Positions 58,575 to 64,000 of a DNA stretch of 64,000 nt are shown here, piece by piece. Source of the stretch: an uncultured Eubacteriales bacterium. GTDB lineage: Bacteria > Bacillota > Clostridia > Oscillospirales > Acutalibacteraceae. Within the stretch, counting starts at the first letter, position 1. Each line of letters starts with the position of its first letter. The translations under genes and the position numbers were made by a program. The stretch is taken from NCBI GenBank assembly GCA_934486455.1, contig CAKSPR010000004.1, forward strand, positions 2,283-66,282. Reading direction: 5' to 3'. A model generated the notes under the pieces. It saw nothing but the letters and a program-made list of their open reading frames with translations, was not told the DNA's origin and ran no database searches.

Positions 58575-58964
58575 ATGAGACTTTTAGGTGAAAACTGCAA
58601 TCCCGACAATTTAAGCCCTCTTACCCTTGCCTTTGTGGGCGACGGGGTTTATGAGCTTTTTGTGAGAGAGCATCTTGCCTGCCTCGCCAACCGCCCTGCC
58701 GGAGAGCTTAACTCCCGCAAGGTGCAAATGGTGAAGGCGGCCTCTCAGGCCGAAGCCTTCAGAAAAATTTCCGATTTTCTTTCGGAAAAGGAGCTTTCAA
58801 TCTTTAAACGGGGCAGAAATGCCCACCCTCCCCATTCGGCCAAAAACGCCTCGTCGGCCGATTACCATGCGGCTACGGGACTTGAGGCACTTTTCGGATG
58901 GCTCTACCTTTCGGACATGAAGGACAGGGCTGCCGAGCTTTTCAGAATAATAGCAAAGGACTAA
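58575..58964 (+). CDS. mrnC: Mini-ribonuclease 3
   Basis: LAFVGDGVYEL RNase III-like signature and a length of 129 aa. Confidence 0.8.
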   Translation: MRLLGENCNPDNLSPLTLAFVGDGVYELFVREHLACLANRPAGELNSRKVQMVKAASQAEAFRKISDFLSEKELSIFKRGRNAHPPHSAKNASSADYHAATGLEALFGWLYLSDMKDRAAELFRIIAKD

Positions 58965-58969
58965 TTTAT

Positions 58970-59902
58970 ATGTGGTTTATACTTGCGCTTGTCGCAATAT
59001 TCTTTTGGAGCGGTTCCGATCTTTTTACCAAAATGGGATCGGACAAAAACGAAAAATATACCCAGTGGAAGATCGTCGTGGCGGTAGGCCTTGTCATGGG
59101 AATCCACGCGGGAGTTGAGCTTTTGCGGGGGGCGGAATTTAAGCTTTCGGATATGATAACATATCTCCCCGCCTCAAGCATGTACATACTTTCCATGATT
59201 ATCGGCTACATAGGGCTTCGTTACCTTGTGCTGTCGGTTTCGACCCCCATATGCAACTGCTCGGGAGCGGTTGCGGCAGTCATGTGCTATCTTTTCCTCG
59301 ACCAAAAACTGACCGTCCTGCAGATAGTTGCCGTAGGCTTTATCATGGCCGGAATAATCCTGCTGTCGGTGCTCGAGCGCAAATATGAAAAGCAGGACCG
59401 ACTTTTGCAGGGTCAAAAAATCGAGAAAAAATACACCCACAGCTTTATCGCCATCTTCCTGCCCATTACCTACTGTATAATCGACGCTCTCGGCACCTTC
59501 TTCGACGGCATGCTTCTCATTGAAGAGGACGACGCGGGAAATGTCATTTCGGGCGTGCTTTCTGAGGAAAGTGCCAACATAGCCTACGAGCTGACCTTCC
59601 TTTTGATGGGACTTATATGCTTTATATTTGTTTTTGTCATAAAAAAGGAACGGTTTTCGATCAAAAACGAGAAATTCCGCCTTACCGGTGCGGTTTGCGA
59701 AACGGCCGGTCAGTTTGCCTACATTTACGCCATATCGGGCAACACCATCGCCGCCGCCCCCATGATCTCATCCTACTGCCTCTTCTCGGTGGTATGGGCA
59801 AGACTTATTCTTAAAGAAAAGCTCACCCTTATACAATACATTTCCATCGTCCTCGCAGGCATAGGTATTGTGCTTATGGGCGTTTCGGAGGGAATGGCAT
59901 AA
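58970..59902 (+). CDS. DMT/EamA-like membrane transporter (~310 aa)
   Basis: Multi-pass membrane protein with an N-terminus like MWFILALVAIFFWSGSDLFTK. The ATG at 58970 follows the mrnC stop. Confidence 0.6.
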   Translation: MWFILALVAIFFWSGSDLFTKMGSDKNEKYTQWKIVVAVGLVMGIHAGVELLRGAEFKLSDMITYLPASSMYILSMIIGYIGLRYLVLSVSTPICNCSGAVAAVMCYLFLDQKLTVLQIVAVGFIMAGIILLSVLERKYEKQDRLLQGQKIEKKYTHSFIAIFLPITYCIIDALGTFFDGMLLIEEDDAGNVISGVLSEESANIAYELTFLLMGLICFIFVFVIKKERFSIKNEKFRLTGAVCETAGQFAYIYAISGNTIAAAPMISSYCLFSVVWARLILKEKLTLIQYISIVLAGIGIVLMGVSEGMA

Positions 59903-59919
59903 AAACAATCTGAAATTTT

Positions 59920-59961
59920 GCTTCAACCTTTAGGTCATCTTTAGGTTGAAGCTTTATTTTT
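59920..59961 (+). terminator. Intrinsic terminator of the EamA-like gene
   Basis: gcttcaacc...ggttgaagc followed by tttattttt. Confidence 0.65.
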
Positions 59962-59964
59962 ATA

Positions 59965-60299
59965 ACAGAAAATGCAGCAAAGACCGAGCCCCGTAAGAAA
60001 AGCTTTGCAAGGCCGCTGTCTGTTTTGTCGGGCGTATTTCTTATTGCCTCGGTCTGTCCCATAACGGCCAAGGGCGGAGCATATGCTTTCTTCGGCTAAA
60101 GAGACAAGCTCTTTTAAACTCCGAGGACAACGCGGCAAGGGCGTCCGCTGCGGATTTTAACAGGACCGCTGCATCAGGCGGCGCCCCTGCTCATACTTCG
60201 GTATCCGGTATCAAAAATCACATCTTTTTGATGCAATTTTTCCTTCATTCGGCGACCCGACAGGACTTTTAAGGTTTTGTCGGGTCGTTTATTGATTTT
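59965..60299 (+). ncRNA. Candidate small structured RNA, or a long regulatory leader, bounded by two plus-oriented intrinsic terminators. The 3' hairpin lies at 60255..60299.
   Basis: No ORF with an RBS is present. Long-range helices are visible, for example aagaccgag/ctcggtct, ggac...gtcc and gcgg...ccgc. The terminal hairpin gacccgaca...tgtcgggtc is followed by a T-run. Confidence 0.3.
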
Positions 60300-60320
60300 A
60301 CAAAAAATATGTGGTAAAAT
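60292..60320 (+). promoter_or_regulatory. Promoter of the SPFH gene: TTGATT, 17-nt spacer, TGgTAAAAT (extended -10)
   Basis: The sequence is ttgattttacaaaaaatatgtggtaaaat. Confidence 0.5.
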
Positions 60321-60462
60321 GTATTTGCAGAAAATTTCCACCCTTGCCGTGCCCTTTGCCAAAGTCTTCCGTCCCATTGCCCAAGCTCCAAAGCAGTCCC
60401 CGCAAGGGGGTCGGCCGCACGGTAAAGGCAAGGCACAGCGCAAATAAAAAGGAGAGAAAAAA

Positions 60463-61449
60463 ATGGACATCGCAATCGAAACCATCCTACTCATAGCGGC
60501 GGCGCTGATAATGCTCATACTGCTGCTTGTCAACATCCGCATTGTTCCCCAGGCCTCGGAGTTCGTAATCGAACGGCTGGGAAAATACAAGCACACCTGG
60601 GGTCCCGGAATCCATGTTAAAATTCCTTTTTTCGATCGCATTGCAAAAACCATTACCTTAAAGGAGCATGTGCTCGATTCGCCGCCCCAGCCGGTCATAA
60701 CCAAGGACAATGTCACCATGCAGATCGACACGGTGGTTTATTACACCATTTTTGATTCTAAGCTTTTCACCTACGGCGCCGTAAATCCCATAAGCGCCCT
60801 TGAAAACCTTACCGCCACCACACTTCGCAACATCGTCGGTGAGCTTGAGCTTGACGGCACCCTTACCTCCCGCGACATCATAAACGGCAAAATGACCTCC
60901 ATTCTCGACGAGGCCACCGACAAATGGGGTATCAGGGTCAACCGTGTCGAGCTTAAAAACATTATTCCCCCAAGCGAAATTCAAAACGCCATGGAAAAGC
61001 AAATGAAGGCCGAGCGCGACAAGCGCCAGACCCTGCTCGAGGCCGAGGCGCACAAGGCTGCGGCCATTACCCGTGCCGAGGGCGACAAGGCGGCCATGAT
61101 ACTTGCCGCAGAGGGCGAAAGAGACGCCAGGATTGCAAGGGCAGAGGGTGAAGCCAAGGCCATTAAGCTGGCTAAAGAGGCCGAGGCCGAGGGACTTCGC
61201 ATGTTGAAGGAATCCTGCCCCGATGCGGCGGTTTTGGAGCTTAAAAAATATGAATCTCTCATAAAGCTTTCAGACGGCAAGGCGGCAAAAATTATAATTC
61301 CCACCGACGCGGTAAACGCCGTTAAAACAAATGTGCTTTTTTCCGAAACTACAGGTCTCGGAAACACCACCGTCCCCGCTCCCGAGGCTGAAAAGCCTCC
61401 CAAAACCGACGATTGCTGCGAGAGGCTTGAAAGCAAAGGAAAATTCTGA
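60463..61449 (+). CDS. SPFH/band-7 (stomatin/flotillin-like) membrane protein
   Basis: N-terminal transmembrane segment, an SPFH domain (IRIVPQASEFVIERLGKY) and a coiled-coil AEAEA-rich tail. Confidence 0.8.
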   Translation: MDIAIETILLIAAALIMLILLLVNIRIVPQASEFVIERLGKYKHTWGPGIHVKIPFFDRIAKTITLKEHVLDSPPQPVITKDNVTMQIDTVVYYTIFDSKLFTYGAVNPISALENLTATTLRNIVGELELDGTLTSRDIINGKMTSILDEATDKWGIRVNRVELKNIIPPSEIQNAMEKQMKAERDKRQTLLEAEAHKAAAITRAEGDKAAMILAAEGERDARIARAEGEAKAIKLAKEAEAEGLRMLKESCPDAAVLELKKYESLIKLSDGKAAKIIIPTDAVNAVKTNVLFSETTGLGNTTVPAPEAEKPPKTDDCCERLESKGKF

Positions 61450-61507
61450 TTAAGAAATATCAATCAAATCTTCAGACATTACACCAATCAGTTAAACGGT
61501 ATAAAAA

Positions 61508-61546
61508 ACCGAGGATCGCATTTTTCCGTGATCCTCGGTTTTTGTT
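61508..61546. terminator. Bidirectional intrinsic terminator shared by the SPFH gene and folC
   Basis: accgaggatc...gatcctcggt stem with T-runs on both sides. Confidence 0.75.
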
Positions 61547-61641
61547 TAACATGTTTTATTAATTCCGTCGCGGCCGCATTCCCCATCGGGGCAGAAAGAA
61601 GACAAAACGGAAACTTCGCCGTTTTTAAAGGCCGTAAAGCC

Positions 61642-62901
61642 TCAGCCGAAATATTTATAGATTTCTCCCGCAAGATAAAGGGACCCAAAAATGACTATCG
61701 GCCGCCCGTTTGCCGCCTCCACGGCTCTTTTTATAAGGCCGCCGTCCACCGCCGAGGGGTACACCTTTTTAACCTTGCCTTTAAGACAATCGGCCAGTTC
61801 CTCGGCCGAAAGGGCACGGGGATTTTGCGGGGTCACGGTAATTATTTCGTCAAAAAGCGGGGTGAGACGGGACAGGGCTTTTTCATAGTCCTTGTCCCTC
61901 AGCATTCCGCAAATGCCGAAAAAACGCTCATTCGGGAAATAATTTTCAAGGGACTGCGCCAGTGCCCTTGCACCGCCGTCGTTGTGGGCTCCGTCTAAAA
62001 TTATGAGCGGCGACCTTGAGACCACCTCAAACCTTGCGGGATGCTTTACCTTTTCAATGCCCTTCAGAATTGTTTCGTCGGAAATGTCGGGAAAGGCGGT
62101 TTTTGCGGCCTCGACGGCAAGACAGGTGTTTTCGGCCTGAAAGCTTCCCGCAAGGGGCTGATGTATGCTTATGCCCTTATACATAAGATCGATGCCGAAT
62201 GCCGTGTCGAAAAGCACATTTATGTCCTCTTGCTTCACCTTTTTCAGGGGTGCGCCGAGCTTTTGGGCAGTGTCTTCTATGACCGCCATTGCCTCGGGCA
62301 GTTGAGAATCGCAGGTAACAACGGGGCAGCCTTTTTTTATGATTCCGCATTTTTCGGCGGCAATTTTTTCTGTTGTATCTCCAAGCACGGCGGTATGGTC
62401 GGTAGAAATCGAGGTAATGACCGTGCAAAGGGGGGCTTCAAAAACATTGGTGGAGTCAAGTCTTCCCCCCAGTCCCGTTTCAAGTACAACCACATCGCAG
62501 TTCGTTTTTGAAAACCACAGCAGCGCGGCGGCGGTTACAAATTCAAACTCGGTGGGATGAAGGCTTTTGTCAAGACTTTCGGACGCTTTTCTGACCTCGC
62601 TTGCGACCTCGGCATAATCCACCTTTGAAATGAATTTGGAGTTTATCTGCATGCGCTCTCTGAAATTCACAATGTAGGGAGAGATAAAGAGGCCCGTTTT
62701 AAGCCCCTTCTGTTCAAAAAGCTTCGCAAGACAGACGCAAACCGAGCCCTTACCGTTTGTTCCTGCAACATGCACTGCCGCAAGTTTTTTTTGCGGACTT
62801 CCAAGGGCGCAAAGCAGGGCGTTTATCCTTTCGAGCCCGGGGCGGCTGCCGAACCTAAGCAGCGAATGAGTATATTCGATAGCGGTATTGTAATCCATCA
62901 T
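61642..62901 (-). CDS. folC: Bifunctional folylpolyglutamate synthase / dihydrofolate synthase
   Basis: Mur-ligase P-loop VHVAGTNGKGS. Confidence 0.9.
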   Translation of the reverse strand: MMDYNTAIEYTHSLLRFGSRPGLERINALLCALGSPQKKLAAVHVAGTNGKGSVCVCLAKLFEQKGLKTGLFISPYIVNFRERMQINSKFISKVDYAEVASEVRKASESLDKSLHPTEFEFVTAAALLWFSKTNCDVVVLETGLGGRLDSTNVFEAPLCTVITSISTDHTAVLGDTTEKIAAEKCGIIKKGCPVVTCDSQLPEAMAVIEDTAQKLGAPLKKVKQEDINVLFDTAFGIDLMYKGISIHQPLAGSFQAENTCLAVEAAKTAFPDISDETILKGIEKVKHPARFEVVSRSPLIILDGAHNDGGARALAQSLENYFPNERFFGICGMLRDKDYEKALSRLTPLFDEIITVTPQNPRALSAEELADCLKGKVKKVYPSAVDGGLIKRAVEAANGRPIVIFGSLYLAGEIYKYFG

Positions 62902-63839
62902 TTTTCCTCCGCCGATGAAAATATTTCCCTTTTGGCGGTTATGAGCTGCTCGATAAACATCTGATCAAGCTTTGTCAGCTTATAATCCTCCCGCCGAATG
63001 AGCAGATCCTTATAAATACGGCTGTTGTCGGTGCAGGAAACGGTCACAAGGCCGTACCGTTCGAGCAAATCCTTCGGAACCTCCGACACCCACATGAATG
63101 TATCGGGATTTTTACAGAGCAGCTCAAACTGGCTTGCGCGTTCAAAAACAAAGATACGACGGCCGAAAGCATCGGGAAGCTCCTCCTTTTTGACCTCCGA
63201 AAGAGGGAGGTAGGGCACATATGGGTCGGCGTGGGCAATTTCGGTGTGACGGCGGAGATCGTCGGTGGTCAGCTCCGCAAGCCTTGCAAGAGGGCTTTGT
63301 CTGCTCATAAGCACCTTAAAGGTAAATTCGCAGACAAGCTCGTATGCCAGCCCCTTTTCCTCCATCATATCCTTATAATATTTATCAAAGCTTTGGGCAT
63401 AGCGGATTATGCCCAGCTTCGAGCTGTCCGAAAGCACATTTTTGACCGTCGTCATGGAATTTGTCTCGGTATAATATATTTCAGCGTCCCTGTCCTTTTC
63501 AAGAAGGGTGGTAAACGCGGCGAAAGCGTCGGCCACATAGCTTGCCCGGGGAACCGAGACGGAAAATCTTTGCTTGTCGGTTCTGCCCTGAGAAAACATG
63601 GTTTCGATGTTATCAACCTGTTTAAGCACCGTCTTTGCGTAATGAACAAAAAGCTGCCCGTCGGGCGTGAGCGTCATGCCCTTACTGCTTCGTTCAAAAA
63701 GGGTGACTCCAAGAGTGCTTTCAAGCTCCTTAATGGCGCGGCTGAGCGCCGATTGGCCGACATAAAGGGTCTCGGCCGCCTTGTTGAGAGAATTGGTTTT
63801 TGCTATCTCAACGGCATATTTCATATGAAGCAGGTTCAT
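62898..63839 (-). CDS. LysR-family transcriptional regulator
   Basis: N-terminal LysR HTH (KAAETLYVGQSALSRAIKELE). Its stop overlaps the folC start. Confidence 0.85.
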   Translation of the reverse strand: MNLLHMKYAVEIAKTNSLNKAAETLYVGQSALSRAIKELESTLGVTLFERSSKGMTLTPDGQLFVHYAKTVLKQVDNIETMFSQGRTDKQRFSVSVPRASYVADAFAAFTTLLEKDRDAEIYYTETNSMTTVKNVLSDSSKLGIIRYAQSFDKYYKDMMEEKGLAYELVCEFTFKVLMSRQSPLARLAELTTDDLRRHTEIAHADPYVPYLPLSEVKKEELPDAFGRRIFVFERASQFELLCKNPDTFMWVSEVPKDLLERYGLVTVSCTDNSRIYKDLLIRREDYKLTKLDQMFIEQLITAKREIFSSAEEK

Positions 63840-64000
63840 GCTTTCTCCTCCGCTTAATTTACTGTGTAATATCTTTATATTGTCTTTGGAATGATATGTT
63901 TGTCGGTGCGGTAGATGTATACATATATTTTATCACAAAGCACCTATAAAATCTACAAAAACGACCCGCCGAAGCAAAAACTTTCGGCAGGTCGAAAAGG

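Noticed and set aside
59972-60064. 30-codon ATG ORF inside the candidate sRNA region
   Set aside because: It has no Shine-Dalgarno sequence and its sequence is Arg/Cys-rich and arbitrary. It is more likely non-coding.

Overview
This 64 kb window looks like chromosomal DNA from a Clostridia-class Firmicute, by gene content. It has a sporulation gene (spoVAD), pyruvate:ferredoxin oxidoreductase (PFOR) and dockerin/cohesin modules. That points to an Oscillospiraceae/Ruminococcaceae-like anaerobe, but I cannot confirm this from sequence alone. Coding density is high and most content is core housekeeping. The main blocks are:
- a holA fragment plus an RNase M5-like Toprim gene, and PFOR;
- the yceD-rpmF pair, galE and an M18 aminopeptidase;
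- one long minus-strand operon: recA-recX-rimO-pgsA-cysE-HAD-cysS;
- prmC with a DUF1385 gene, and an OmpR-type two-component system;
- ymdB, rpmB and a DUF1015 gene;
- ftsE-ftsX with an M23 peptidase, and livHMGF;
- trmK with a Nif3-like gene, a transaldolase (tal) next to a Zn-dependent alcohol dehydrogenase, and rplU-prp-rpmA-obg-mrnC;
- an SPFH-domain gene, folC and a LysR-type regulator;
- one tRNA-Lys(UUU).

The accessory-looking content is:
- a secreted C39-like cysteine peptidase with SH3b domains and a C-terminal dockerin;
- a small lipoprotein carrying a cohesin domain, in an operon with a DMT transporter and a PHP phosphoesterase;
- two tandem, diverged GH36-like glycoside hydrolase paralogs separated by hairpin terminators;
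- an FG-GAP-repeat lipoprotein and a cytoplasmic beta-helix protein next to the two-component system;
- an FtsE with a ~190 aa acidic disordered C-terminal tail.

The non-coding points of interest are:
- a degenerate short-tandem-repeat array (CTTTTTCGG-like units) upstream of PFOR, which shares a 16-nt near-identical element with an A-rich repeat region beside ymdB/rpmB;
- a terminator-bounded ~300 nt intergenic region with long-range complementarity and no gene, a candidate small RNA;
- a ~260 nt structured leader in front of ftsE;
- palindromic candidate operators at the livK-like and livHMGF promoters.

No CRISPR array, rRNA, transposase or integrase was detected. All calls rest on reading the sequence and the ORF track by eye, without any database search.
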